Assembly (NCBI RefSeq): GCF_006345805.1
Contig: NC_043008.1
Span: 13,082,001 to 13,146,000 of the forward strand
Length of the DNA: 64,000 bases
Source of the DNA: Octopus sinensis
Taxonomy: Eukaryota
Direction of reading: 5' to 3'
The stretch's first letter is position 1, and each line of letters opens with the position of its first letter. The notes below the pieces were generated by a model that searched no databases, was not told where the DNA came from, and saw nothing but the letters and a program-made list of their open reading frames with translations. Positions 38,413-52,654 of the stretch are shown here, one piece after another. A program made the translations under genes and the position numbers.

Positions 38413-40479
38413 ATATACATTGGAATATATGCATATTGCAGCAGTTTCGTTAGAGGCAACGTCACATATAGCACCGGGAAACCACCCGGAGGACGGTGTT
38501 TCTGCCAGTATAATATTTCACTTCCTCAGTGTATTAGGTCCACGTTATTAACCTCTTATTAGTTAGCTAAATCTAACGCTATTACTGATTCCACACAACT
38601 GACGTTCTACAGTAATTATCAATCTAATTACTTCTCCATCCATCTTTCTATAGTTACAGGTTGTCAGTGATATAGACATATTACGAAGCTAACCGTCCAT
38701 AAATGTAACCCATAAAAGCACGCACTCACACGCATTCTCTCTCAATTTCTCTCTCTCACACATACAAACACACGTACATACACGAACGCGCTCATGCGCG
38801 AACAGGCCCACAATTACATCCATGTAGCTGCATTTGATTACTTGTGTGTGAGACCTTGTATATGAATGCCTACGTTTTCAATAACATATTACTTATATTT
38901 TTACTTCTTATGCATATATGTCTATATCTTTATACAGGTTTGCATTCACTTGGCATATTGTATGCCTGTATACTATATGTCTGAATATGCTGGTGTATGC
39001 ATGCAGTGTGTAGTGTGTGCATGTGTATGTGTCTGTGTCTGATCATGTAGTGTGTGATTGTATATGTGTCTGTATATGTGTTCGTCTGTAAAATCATGAG
39101 GAGCATTTCTAAAGAAGTATTTTGCATGGGTAAAAGAGTGCAAGGTATTCAGTTGTGAGCAATTTACACATTAAGGCAGGACCGTGTGATATTGTAATGA
39201 ATGTAAAGAAACCGGAGAAAGAAAGGAAAAATGTAAGCAAACGTTTGGAGGACGAGAAGATAAGCGGTGTGTTCGTGTACGCGTAAGTGTGGAGTGCGGC
39301 TACGAAGAATGTTGTGGTTAGCATTAGCATTTAGCAGCTAAATTAAAGAAAATCATAACACACTCACACAATGGCTGTAAATGAATGGAAGAAGCTGAAA
39401 CACGTAAAATAATAACTGTAAAAGATATTCATACCGTCAGCTCAGCTAAATAACTAAGAAGCAATTAGAAGCGTTTTGTTTTTTTAAATTGGGTCGGAAT
39501 CAAAACAAATGAAAGAGATGAAGGGAATAGTTTGAGAAAGACATCAAGCTACTGAAACTAATAGAAAACGTTGTTTTTTTTTGGTTATTTCATTCTTTTT
39601 TTTTTATAAAGTTGTATAGAAAATGATTATTTCTGATCAGCAATAAACAAATTGAAAAATAAAATTAATGGTGAATCTTATTTAAACGTGTTGATGGTTA
39701 CTCGGTGTTCAAACAAATTGCACATTGTTTGAAAGAAACAAAAAAAAAAACTTATGTTAATAAATCTTGCGTCAGAAATTTTTATCTCATTTGCGATATT
39801 TTCAACATAGAATAGATTTATCCCTTAATTATCATGCGGATGAAACGCTGAGGGGAACTGTGTGGAAGTGTTCCGAAAATCGATAGGCACGATGTGTAAT
39901 CAGAAAGATACATGTGTTTATTGCTCCTGAACAATTATAGAGATGTATTGTTGATTCTCTCATACAGCAATTCTATAGCCGAAATCCAGTATACTAAAAC
40001 ACAGCACTAAAATATAAAATATCAACAACGTAAAGCAAGAGTGATTCCCAATATAGATTCACACATAATTTTGCTCAAAATCCAGAAATGCTATTTTTTA
40101 GAGCAAAGGATTTTAGAGATGAAAGTGAACCAACTCTCTGATTAATACCATAATGTAAAACATTAAATATGAACCAATCAGGGAATCTTTATGCCGCCAA
40201 CTTTCGCTCAAATCACATCTCATGCTTTAAGAAACGTATTAGTGGCTCTTTTTTTCTTTTTTCCTTTTTTTTTAGTTTAGGAATATACATACATTGATTA
40301 TATGACTGCTCGGTTAACACTGACCCGAAGCTCATTAAGAACGACAAGGGGAACCATTAAATAAACATTTGGGGAAATTATTTGGGATCTGCGTCGTTAA
40401 CAATGAGGAGCTGAATTCCTTGATTGTGGATAAATTATGTTATTACGAGATGACTAATGTTATTTTTGCCGGAGTAAAT

Positions 40480-40930
40480 CCAGTAAAATCCAGTAGAAAA
40501 TCAATAACAATAAATTGCTTGAGAAACCAAAGAAATTCATCAAAACAGTTATGTAATAGGCAGTACGTATCAGTCCCTGTGGCCCTTTGAAAAGGCCACA
40601 AAGACTGATACGAACTGCTTGGCATGTTCCCTTAACACTAGGTTTAACTGTAACAACAGAAACTGTAACAACATAAAGTGCATGGAGGGTTATCCTAAAA
40701 ACAGGAACACAATACACATTGGAGAAACTTCTAGACGTTTAGCGGAAAGACTAAATGTAAAGACTGGAGACAATCATCTATACTCTATCTGCATGTAAGA
40801 AATCAACATGGTGTTATGCTGGGGCAAATTGACATCCATATATTACCTAAACACCTAAGAGACCCGTCGCCTTGACAATACGTGAGAATATCCTCATAAA
40901 TGAGACGTAACTAATACTGGATAATAGTAA
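40480..40930 (+). mobile_element. Degenerate Penelope-like element ORF fragment (Cys-rich linker plus GIY-YIG)
   Basis: CLRNQRNSSKQL, SPCG...TNCLAC, FNCNNRN, IHIGETSRRLAERL (about 40712-40755). Confidence 0.75.
40560..40618 (-). other. 59-nt hairpin (25-bp arms), pre-miRNA-like candidate
   Basis: gcagtacgtatcagtccctgtggcc-ctttgaaaa-ggccacaaagactgatacgaactgc. Both C/A mismatches become G-U pairs on the minus strand. The hairpin is certain; function is unknown. Confidence 0.5.
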
Positions 40931-41089
40931 ATAGTAGAACTTGAACGCTATTCTTCCACCCATGCAAAATGCATACACGCGTGCGTACGTGAAAGTAGGT
41001 AGGTACGTAGGTAGGTAGGCAGGTCGGTTGGTTGATAGGTAGGCATGTGTGAGGTGGCATAGGCAGGTAAATAAGTTAAGTAATGGACT

Positions 41090-41330
41090 AAATGCTAGTT
41101 ACAAACTTCTTCAATCCAGAAGTAAGATGCCTACGTTCTAGGTCCTTCTCTTTCTAGTCGTTTAGAGTTTTCATCTCATTACCAGAATGCATCTTCGTGG
41201 TGTATTTTTCTTTAGGTCTTTCCATGTTCATTGCTCTGATGATCTTTCTGATCCATTACTCACTTAAAGACCTTTAAACGTGTCCCCCGTTTCTCCGTCG
41301 AGCTTCCTGCAAGTCACAAATCCTTATATA
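41090..41330 (-). mobile_element. Possible very old RTE-like LINE 3' remnant
   Basis: Weak: cgacggagaaacggggacacgtt (~RRLxWxGHV), followed by ggaaagacctaaag (~GxRP). Confidence 0.3.
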
Positions 41331-41362
41331 CCAATAATAATAACTTCATTCCTTCAACTCTT

Positions 41363-41593
41363 ATTTCTTTATTGTCTACAAGGGGCTAAACATAGAGGGA
41401 ACAAACAAGGACAGACAAAGGGATTAAGTCGATTACATCGACCGCCGTGCAAAACTGGTACTTAATTTATCGACCCCGAAAGGATGAAAGGCAAAGTCGA
41501 CCGCGGAGGAATTTGAACTCAGAACGTAAAGACAGACGGAATACCGCTAAGCATTTCGCCCGGCGTGCTAACGTTTCTGCCAGCTCGCCGCCT
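41363..41593 (-). mobile_element. SINE family B, full length with perfect 18-bp TSD
   Basis: TSD ttcattccttcaactctt at 41345-41362 and 41594-41611; head (minus) ggcggcgagctggcagaaacgttagcacgccggg. Confidence 0.95.
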
Positions 41594-42267
41594 TTCATTC
41601 CTTCAACTCTTGCTCTCTAGAACTCATTATCATCAATTGATTTCCTCTGGAGTGTAGCATTCAGCCCTTTGAGACGTCTTCTCATCGACATCTTTTAAAT
41701 TTTTTAGCCTTCTCCTTTCCATTTATTGCAGACCCTTACGGTGAAACGGCCTCATATCTTGTTGGGAACGAAATCGTATAAAATTAAATAAACGACTTCT
41801 AATTAGCTACTAGTATAATCATGATAAAATTAACACAAACGCATGAAACATCATCAAAATTACTACATGCTACATGAGATGTAAAATAACATGTGATAAC
41901 AACTGAACAATCGTAAGAGTAAAACCAATCGGAAACTAATCAAAAATCGCATTCGATAAATATTTTATTCGTATAACTCTGAATTGCATGATGCATGAAA
42001 AGGCAGTAGAGGTGAAACCTTAGCATATAAGACCACAATCTAATAACCTATACACATTAATCTTCATTCATTAGATTCTGACACCCATTTTTCTTATCTC
42101 GTTTCCAATTGCTCTCACTGTCACTCATTTCTGTACAATAGGTATCGTTCCGGATACTGGTCCGTTGCCAATATATAAAGATACAATCGATATATATATA
42201 TAGATAAATAATATACATATATATATATGACTATAGAAACAAAAACTCACACCGAATCTCCCTCACA

Positions 42268-42433
42268 AATATATATATATATATATATACATAGATTGAT
42301 AGAGGGAAAGATAGATAGATAGTTAGATAGATATATGTATGTGCGTCTGTATATATATAAGTGCATACATATGTATGTGTATGTGTATGTATGTATGTAT
42401 ATATATATATATATGTATATATATATTTATTTG

Positions 42434-42477
<44 letters not shown>

Positions 42478-42538
42478 TACACATATACATATACACTTAT
42501 ATGCATATATATTCATTTCCTTACTATTATCATCATCA

Positions 42539-42570
<32 letters not shown>

Positions 42571-42645
42571 GTATTATTATTACAATTATTATTGTTACTG
42601 TTTCTATTATTAATATTCTTATTATTGTTATTATTATTATTATTA

Positions 42646-42686
<41 letters not shown>

Positions 42687-42697
42687 TATTATCGTTA

Positions 42698-42761
<64 letters not shown>

Positions 42762-42776
42762 CATTGTTATTATTAC
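42268..42776. repeat. (TA)n and (ATT)n arrays
   Basis: Read directly from the sequence. Confidence 0.95.
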
Positions 42777-43314
42777 TGGTCTTTTTCTGCCAAAACAATT
42801 CGTAGAACTGGCACAATTCTGTCTATATGATAATATAAAGTAGGACTTCATTTGCTGGGATACTTTAGTGATCCCCTAGATTAAGTTTGACAGGCTAAGA
42901 AACGATTTATATTTTCTTCGCGAAATCAATGAACTTAGGAACAAGGGTGACAATTATGTTGAAGGCAACGAATTCATCAATCACATAGGCACATGCATAC
43001 ATCCACTACACACTTGCACCTATCCTCACATGTCTATATGCATATATGCGAGTATGCCTATAAATATGTGTTTGTATATGTGTGTTCATCTGGTATACTG
43101 GATACGTCCACATGGCGGTAAAAAAGGCAAAGAATGGCTGCTCTGAGTAGTGCCCTACATCACCACGACCGATTCCAGTAACAGAGTTGGAAAAGAGAGT
43201 CTAAAATATCTGCGTACATGTACTGTATGTGTATATAAATAATTATGTATGTATGTATGCAGGTTTATATGTATGCATGATTATATGTATGCATGTATGT
43301 ATGTGTGTTTATAT

Positions 43315-43479
43315 GTAGGAGTGGTTGTGTGGTAAGTAGATTTCTTAGGAGACACATGGTTCCGGGTTCAGTCCCACTGCGTGGTACCTTGGGCAAGTGT
43401 CTTCTAGTATAGCCTCGGGTCGATTAAAGCCTTGTGAGTGGATTTAGTAGACGGAAACTGAAAGAAGCCCGTCGTATAT

Positions 43480-43513
<34 letters not shown>

Positions 43514-43585
43514 AGAATTTTTTGCGTAATAGGGTTTTAATGACACCATTATCTCTTACACACACACACACTGATATATATATAT

Positions 43586-43679
<94 letters not shown>

Positions 43680-43852
43680 TATGTTTGTGTGTCTGTGTTT
43701 ACGTCCCCGCAACATAGCGGTTGGGCAAAAGAGCCCGATATAATAAAAATATGCTTTCAAAGAGTAAGTCCTGGGGTCGGTTTGTTCGACTAAAGGCGGT
43801 GCTCCAGCATGGCCCCAGTCAAATGACTGAAACAAGTAAAAGAGTTAAAGAG
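43315..43852 (+). mobile_element. SINE family A with expanded internal microsatellite
   Basis: Head at 43315-43475, tail at 43680-43852. Confidence 0.9.
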
Positions 43853-44290
43853 TATGTATGTATAATCTTTTCTAACAAGATCCTCTTTTCTTTCTTTCTG
43901 AGTGCTCCTTTCCGACTTTACCTTCATTTTTTCCACTGCTTTTCATGATCGCCGAACTCAGCACCTTTCTCTCTACACTTCACTAAATGTTTTCTCTCTC
44001 CCCTCTCCCTATTTGGCATCATGTGACCATCACGTGACGATCTCTAGGCCATACTTTTCCGACTTGACCGTTGATTTATTCATTCATGCTCCCTGGGACT
44101 CCCAATTTTCACCAGGGTCGTCTTGTTTTTCCCATTTCATTCGTTCTATCTCCTTATCTATTGCTTCCATAATCCCGCCCTTCTATCTATCTTTCTACTT
44201 TACACGTCTAGAACCTTAGAGCAACTTTTTCCATTCGCGTTTCTTCTACACAGGACCTGGCTTAAAGCTGTCTCATAGTCTAAATGCCTT

Positions 44291-44325
<35 letters not shown>

Positions 44326-44448
44326 AAAGTGAAATGACGTATGAATATGCATTGAATAGTTCCTTTGAAGAATTGTCAGATTTTGAATATGGCCAACGTA
44401 AAGATCATGCAGCAAGATATTTTTGTTTTATTATTATAATTGATGAGA

Positions 44449-45090
44449 AAGCAGCGAGGTGCAGAATGGTTTAGCTCGACAGACAAAATGATTTAGCGGC
44501 ATTTGGTACGTTTTTATTTTCATCCATTCGCTGTCGATAATACCACTTGAGCACTGGGGTCGATGTTATCAACTACCCCACTTAGCCAGAATATCAGGCC
44601 TTTATGCCTATAGTAGAACGGATTATTATACAGTGTGAGAAGGCGGCAAGATGGTAGAATAGTTACCACGCCGGATAAAATGCTTTTGCGTAATTTCATC
44701 TGTCCTCATGCTCTAACTTCAATTTTCACCAAGGTTGGCTTTGTTCTCCATCCTTTCGCCATCAATAACATAAGCACCCGAATGGCGGCGAGCTGGCAGA
44801 ATCGTTAGCGCACAGGAAGAAATGCTTAGCGGTAGTTCAAATTCCGCCGAGGTCGACTTTGCCTTTCATCCTTTCGTGATCGATAACTTAAGTAACAGTT
44901 ACGCACTGGGGTCGGTGTAATCGACTTAATCCGTTTGTCTGTCCTTGTTTGTCCTCTCTGTGCTCAGCCCCTTGTGGGTAGTAAAGAAATAGATAAAATA
45001 AGCACCCTTCAAGGACACGAGTCGATAACCTCGACTATCACCATCCCTCGAAACTGCTGGCATTTTCCCAAAACTTGAAATCATTATTAC
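44449..45090 (+). mobile_element. Cluster of three SINE family B copies, one nested
   Basis: Old copies start at about 44449 and 44641. A young copy at 44783-44992 sits inside the second, with TSD ataa(c/a)ataagcaccc. Confidence 0.85.
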
Positions 45091-45605
45091 ATCGAGCAGG
45101 TGACAATAATTTTACATCATGTTATATTTGAAATAAAAGATAAACCGTTAGCGAAGAGAAATGTGCGCCAAGAGATTTAAGTTTTACTCGAGAAGTGCCG
45201 ACCAAAGTTCATTTCGAGTTTCATAATATCACATAAGGTGTTGCTACTAATCCAAACCGTTTTCCCTCACCGCGGTCTGTAGTGCGAAGATCGCATCTAC
45301 GTACGGATTTTGGCAAGAGCGATGACATATTGGGAAAGAAACAGAATCTTGCATTCTCGAGAGTATTGTCAGAATCTATCTAATCTTGTTTGATGTTCAG
45401 GTGCAATACGGCAAATTTACATTTTATTAGCTCTTCTCGTAGTCTCGGCGCATACATCTGTTGCATACACACACAGACAAACTTACATATATATATGTAT
45501 ATATCGTTCATAGGCGAGATGAAGAGATATGTGTATATGTGTGGTTCTAGCCGTAAGCGCGTGCTTGTGTCTTTATGTCTCCTACTATCGCTAAACAAAT
45601 TGTAA

Positions 45606-45790
45606 TAGTGCATTTACGGCCCCATGGCTTTATTGATTCGGTAAAAGAAACAGATAGAACAAGAACCCGATTTACCGGCTTAATAAAACAAAAAAGAGTA
45701 CCGATTTACAAGTTCGATTCGTTTGACGAAAAAATATGCAAGGTGGTGCCCCAGCATTGCCGCTGTCTAATGGCTGGAACAAGTCATAGA
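45606..45790 (+). mobile_element. Degenerate SINE family A tail
   Basis: aaggtggtgccccagcattgccgctgtctaatggctggaacaagt. Confidence 0.65.
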
Positions 45791-45794
45791 TAAA

Positions 45795-46262
45795 TGATCT
45801 TCATTGTTCGACCGTGGTCGAGACAATGGAATTTACCATGCTACGCCAGACTTCACGGTCCATCATGGCATTACGGAGGTCCTGTTGCTGGATGCCTGTA
45901 TCCCTGGAGATTACATCAGGATAGGAGAGTGTGCGCCCTCTGGTATTGCGAGTAGATGGCTTCCAGAGGAGAAGACTAGAAATTGACTCTTTTTCAGCTC
46001 TACAACAATGTCCAGCAAACTGGACTCTCCTACCTTTCACAAGAGATGACACAGGTGGTAGTTTCCCATATATTTGCATTTTGGTTGGATGGCGCTTCCA
46101 CAAGAGATTTTGAGCTCTCATAAGGAGGCGAGTGTAGGTTCCATCTAACCGCCTCTCAAGCTTCGTTGATAACGTCCAGGTTTCTGAGCCATATAGTAGA
46201 ATTGGTTCGAAGGTGGCTTTGAAGATTTCAAGTTTCAAGTCTCTACTTAGATTTGATAAATG
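45795..46262 (-). mobile_element. RTE-clade LINE 3' end (5'-truncated, frame open)
   Basis: KLEIFKATFEPILLYGSETWTLS...LDGTYTRLL...RRVQFAGHCCR...GRTLSY...AMMDREVWR, RTE ORF C-terminal motifs. Confidence 0.92.
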
Positions 46263-46485
46263 ATAAAACGTGTATATAATTACAAACATGGATTCATACA
46301 CACATACATACATACATACATACATACATACATACATACATACATACATACATACATACATACAATATATTTGTGTGTGTGTGTATGTGTGTGTGTGTCT
46401 GTGTGTGTGTATATGTATATATAAAGATATGCGCACACATTCATATACATATTCACGCATATAATATATATATATATATATATAT

Positions 46486-47533
46486 AAGTTCAGATAATAA
46501 TTTTTACCTTCTGCTTAATCTTACTGCAAGTTTTGAAGTGTGCAGTTTGATTTTAGTTATTTTTTCAAAGTAACAAATGAGCATATTCGGCATATTTTTC
46601 TCTATGACATCGATAAAGCAACAACATAACGGAAAGTACGAAGAATATTATTGAAGTATATTGTGATCAGACAATAAGCGTGAGCCAGTGTCAACGGTCA
46701 TTCCAGATATTCCTAGCCGGAAACCACAGGCTAGAAGGCGAACCTTGTCCTGGAAGGTCTAAAAAGATCATCTGGGACGTCCTGCAAAACCTAGTTGAAC
46801 AATATCCCATTGTAACTGTTGAGAAACTAGCATTGAAGCTTGGATTTGATCACTCAACCATTCATCGAGACCTGTGAGCCATCGCAAAAGTCACGTATCA
46901 CAAAGAACCATTTTTCGAGCGAATAGTGACTGGTGACGAGAAATGGGTTCCCTATAACATTTCAAGCGCCGAAGACAGCGAGTAGGGAAAGGAGAAACAC
47001 CGGCACCGCAGGCTAAACAAAGTCTTCACCCACTTAAGGTGTTGTTATCTGTTTGATGGGATATAAAAGGTTTAGTCCATTTCGAACTTTTAGACCCAGA
47101 CCAAACGACTTAAACCAGCACTAGAAAAAAGACGACCATCTTTGGTATCAAGTTGAAAAGTGTTCTTTCATCAGGATAATACTCATACGTACAGCGAGGA
47201 TGAGATTTCAAAGGATGGAACACTTTGAATGGGAAACGATTTCCCACCCACTATTGCCCCATCTGATTATCATTTATTTCTCAATCTTCAACATCATTGG
47301 GACGAAAAAGATATGAATTCTGTAGCCGAGATCAGAACAGTACTGGAGGAGGATTTTTCTTCGCCGACAAGAGAAATTTGGAAGAGGGGACATGCAAATC
47401 TACAAGATAGATGGAAGAGCATTATAGAAAATGAAGGAGTGCATATTTTAAATTAAAAGAGAACTTTGTTTATCTTAATTTTGAAAAATAAATAATTATA
47501 AAAAACCGCATTTTTTATGAGAAGACACAGTAT
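46486..47533 (+). mobile_element. Degenerate mariner (DD34D-type) transposon
   Basis: EHIRHIFLY, LEGEPCPGR, ERIVTGDEKWV, KVLLSV*WD, FHQDN, IAPSDYHLF motifs with frameshifts; right end ccgcattttttatgagaagacacagta. Confidence 0.9.
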
Positions 47534-47615
47534 GTAGCAAGCAATGTTCCTAGCCGCTTTAACGTGGCTGCTCCATACTATATATATATATATAAGTAGA
47601 TAAATACATACATAC

Positions 47616-47652
<37 letters not shown>

Positions 47653-48093
47653 GATGTCTGAGTACATATATGTACATATTTATGTGGTGTATATATATAT
47701 ATACATATTGTATGTGTATAAATATATATATAAATATGTATATATATATATATATTATGCGTGTGTACATACATGCATGCATATACATATACGCATATAT
47801 ATATTTTGAAACATATATATACACACACACACCACACATACATACACACACACTCACATATTTGTGTGTATGTATATGTATATATACATGCACCTACGTG
47901 CATGAAAGATCTATATTTCATCGATTGTAAATATTGGTGTGTAGTCGTCTTGGAGCACGTGTCGGGAGAAATTGAGAAACGAAAATAGAAAAAAGCAGCC
48001 GCTTATATTGCTTCGCAGATATCCGATTCTTGCCGCTTTTAAACAACTCACAAAATCACATTGCATCGTCATCCAGACACATACACACATACA

Positions 48094-48171
<78 letters not shown>

Positions 48172-48950
48172 TTGCAATTTAATTACGTAAAGAAAATAGA
48201 TGTTTTTCCAAACTTTCACGAAGTAGCGAACAAACCAATGATAAAATAAGCGTACATCGTGCAATTAATATCCACATGTGATTCCAGTATCAATGAGCTC
48301 CCGTTTGATCTTAAACATCACTATAATGATATCACTAATGTTATCACTTTGACTATTTGTTCTGTTTTTAGAATATACCACTACATGACTTTATATGTTC
48401 GGTGGGACACATACTTCAAGTATAACAATTATGGAAGTTCAATGGTGTCTTAATTCATTTAGCGGTCAGCTTTGTGTTTGATCACAAAGATGTTTAACTG
48501 AACTAAATGTTAAAAGTTCATATGTCAAACACACAATGAACTGCTGACTCGTTTATGCTGTTGGACATGGCTTGTTTATAATTTGATTTCTATTATAATA
48601 ATGATTAATGAATACATATGTGTCAAAGCCACAGCCAGTATTGTGTTCCTTGACTACATTTTCGAAGAAGCAATAAACTCATCAAATCAGAATGAAAAAC
48701 ATTCTGCTCTTTCATACAAATTACAAACTTACTGTCCTGCATGGAGTTTCTCTCATTTATTTTTCTGATAACTTATAATTAATTTACACGCCATTACAAT
48801 GCATTTAAAATCCTAGACACACCGCCGTATTCGCTCTGGCTTTTCCCTTTGTCTCTGATGCATACATACATACATACATACATACATACATAAACACATA
48901 CGTAACGATACTATGCTTCCTAGGTATATGCGTATATGTAAATATGATAC

Positions 48951-49008
<58 letters not shown>

Positions 49009-49016
49009 CATTCATA

Positions 49017-49137
49017 GGGACAGAAGTGGCTGTGCGATTAGAAGCTTGTTTCACAACGACATGGTTCTGAGTTCAGTCCGAATGCCTGCTACCTTTGTCA
49101 AATATCTTCTAGTATAGGGGCCGACCAAAGCCTTGAC
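49017..49137 (+). mobile_element. Degenerate SINE family A head
   Basis: cagaagtggctgtgcg...catggttctgagttcagtcc...ccgaccaaagccttg. Confidence 0.7.
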
Positions 49138-51257
49138 AACAAGCACACTCACAAGAAATACGTTTTAATCAGCTGGAATTAATAAATTAATTACAGGGAC
49201 ACTAAGCAGTGAGAATTGAAATGAAATTGAATACATATATGTTTTACATACTTGTTTACATTCAAATAGAGGGAGAGAGAGAGATTTGCTGTGGTGAATG
49301 TCTCGAGGGACAAATGTTTGTGGCAGCCCCTGTGTGTGAAATCGAAACAAGATGACCTGAAGGTGACATTATCTGAATGTCTTGTGTTTCTTGGAGCTTG
49401 GTTGCGTTTCATCAGTTACATTTGTCTGGATGGAATTAATTAATGAAATAACATTAAACAGGGTTTATCAAAATAAAATTGAGAGGTCGTATGCTTTACA
49501 ATGAAACGTGGGAAAATCCTTTACTGTGGTAATTGACTTAAATTGAAACTTAGCCTTTGCAAGAAAAGGAACGGTTGCTTCTAGTGGAACGTAAAACCAT
49601 TGATCCGGTTTCTATAACTGTTGAGTCGTATTTAAAAATAATGTTCCTCATAAATAAGGCGCGTGAATATCCTGAGGAAGCGGGGCATCAAATTTAATGA
49701 AACCGAATATTTCATTCGCAATTAAGTTTTACGTCTCTCGTAGGGTAAAAGACAGTGTTGTTCACTGTGGAATTTGAAATCAGAATTCAAATATTTGGAA
49801 AAGAATACTTTTCTCCGCTGGTTTAATAGGTCAGGCAAATCACCGGCATAATGAACAGCACAAATAATACGATGCAAATGTTTCTAGAGTATAAGTAACC
49901 TCTTAAAACTTATACACAGAGTGCCGTTAGTGACAAATTAGAGCAATTTATCTATTTTAGTTTCTAATAGATTGCTTCCGGCATAATATAATCATTGGAG
50001 ATTACATTTCTAGCAAATATATATTGTGTATATCATGGTAGCAACTACACTTAGGTTTATGTTCTTCTTCGTAGTTCTTTTCAACAGAGATACATTAAAT
50101 GAGTGAAATACATTCTTAGTGTAGTTATTTGGAAGATCTTCCTTGATCGAACTGTCATTTCCTCACACAGTCCCCAGCCATATACATCAAATCAGATTTG
50201 CAGATTCTAAATGTTAAACTATCTAGTCATTCGGTACGAAATATGATTCCACAGATACGACTCTAAAGACAGACGTTTCTTCTGAGACAAAATCCTACCG
50301 CTGGCGCCATTTTAAGTTTGTATGTTTACATGCGTATACACTTACGCTCACAATCACAAATACACATAAACACAAATACGCATAAACATACACACACACA
50401 CACAGACACACACACACAAACACACACAACGTTCATATTTGTACTATAAATAATATATACATAATTATTTTAATATAATACTGTTTCAGTTCCGTATATC
50501 AACTTAAGTATCATATGGTGTCATGTTTAGGTTATTAAAACCTGAACATAAGTGTTTAAATGAACCAAACTATCTGGGGGTATGTCAGCGATGTGTGTAT
50601 AATTCTTGTATTTGTTTAGCCCTAAGGTATAAGATGTGATAAATAACCGCCAAGTGGTTCTCACGTGAGAACGTACTTTTTAAACGAGACAGTATAAATT
50701 GAACATGGTAATCCTAGATACACAGATGATTTATATCCAGACAGTACATCTAGGATCAAAGTTACCTACAACCAAGGAAGCTCTGGATATATACATAAAA
50801 AGTTAGCATACCTATATTGAAAGGTGTTCCTAATATGAACATTCTATCCGTGTTCAAATCATATGTGCAAAACACACAGAATCATATCATCTATGTGACC
50901 ATTTGATATCATTTGAGAGATTGGCTGTGAGTGTTAGCAGGCCAAATGTTCACATCAAGTTCCTATATAGCATACAGTATAGTCCAGTACACGTTTCAAA
51001 ATAGTCATATCTTTTAATTTTTTGAATCATTAGACTGCACCCATACTGGGCACTGCCTTAAAGTAGTTCAATGGAACAATTTGACCCGTGTAGTTAATAC
51101 TTTTAAGCCAGGATTTCTTTTATCAGTCTTTTATGCCGGAAACAATCCCCATATTCTTTATCCTTTTTATTCAACACGAATGTACTATAGTCTGATTGTC
51201 CATCCCCCAGTGACTCTAAATACAAATAGAATACTCTAAAATAACTATATTCGATGC

Positions 51258-51349
51258 AGCACCTTGAGCAAGTGTCTTCTAGTATAGCCTCGGGCTGACC
51301 AAAGCCTTGTCAATGGATTTGATAGATGGAAACTGAAAGAAGCCTGCCG

Positions 51350-51435
<86 letters not shown>

Positions 51436-51620
51436 TGTGTCTGTGTTTGTCCTCCGGCCTAACATCGCTGCATTTACCTCCACGTAACCTAGCGGTACGG
51501 CAAAAGAAATTGATGGTGTAAGTACTAGGCTTACAAGGAATAAGCCCCGGGGTCGATTTGCTCGACTAAAGGCGGTGCTCCAGCATGGACGCAATCAAAT
51601 TGAGTGAAACAAGTAAAAGA
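51258..51620 (+). mobile_element. SINE family A, 5'-truncated
   Basis: caccttgagcaagtgtcttct...gaagcctgccg (TA)(TG)n ... ggcggtgctccagcatgg. Confidence 0.88.
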
Positions 51621-52219
51621 ATCGTATCCCTAACGTAGTACCGTGCCTCATGTTTATGGTACGCATGACTTTTGAGGATCCAACTAAAGAAAAATAGTAA
51701 ATTAAATTCAAAATATTACTTTACAGGGCCAAGACAAACGACATAATTCATAGATGTATATATGGCAAGAAACAGCTAGATTTCTTTCTATAATATTCTA
51801 CAGAAGTGAACGCGTGATGACCAAAATACAAATTTTGATAGAAAACATCTATAAAATTAGATTGAAAAACAATAAATGGCTGTGGGGTCGACCAGAATAC
51901 AACAGTAATAAAAAGGGTGCATAAATAAAAGAAAATGATAGAGATTCACTGCGTAATAATACTATATCACAGAAAAAAAGTTCTTGAAATTCTCAGTGAC
52001 TTTTCGTGTAAATAATTTATAGATGATGAAATATTAGAAATATTTTGTATTCTCTGCTACGCAATTCTCTACTATATATTTTCTTCCTCGGACCGTCTAA
52101 TTTATCAGTTCTTCCGCACATATAACCCGTTACTTATAAATACAATATACAAAACACATGAAATACAAATAGGGGAGAGAGCATCAGCTTTGTCTGTACG
52201 TAATGAAGCTCTTAGCATT

Positions 52220-52432
52220 TACTCTTTACTCTTTTCCTTGTTTCAGTCATTTGACTGCGGCTATGCTGGAGCACCGCCTTTAGTCGAGCAACTCGACCCC
52301 GGGACTTATTCTTTTGTAAGCCCAGTACTTATTCTATCGGTCTCTTTTGCCGAACCGCTAGGTGACGGGGACGTAAACACACCAGCATCGATTGTCAAGC
52401 AATACTAGGGGGACAAACATACACACACAAAC

Positions 52433-52465
<33 letters not shown>

Positions 52466-52487
52466 CATATATACGACGGGCTTCTTC
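52220..52487 (-). mobile_element. SINE family A, tail half
   Basis: Reverse complement of the family A tail to gacgggcttct. Confidence 0.88.
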
Positions 52488-52654
52488 AGAAATATGATAG
52501 ACGAAAACAAGTGTTTAAACGTCAAACAGGTGTATTGAATTAACGCTTGGGAAGGTGTTGTTGGGATGTGTAGTTGTGGGTGTGGGTGGAGGGGGTAATA
52601 ATGAATGAAGGTGGGTAGGAGTGAAAACAGGAAGTGGGTGTCAGAGCCAACACT

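Noticed and set aside
52490-52555. Short segment resembling the termini of the HHR-bearing elements
   Set aside because: Truncated before any ribozyme motif; similarity is only loose.
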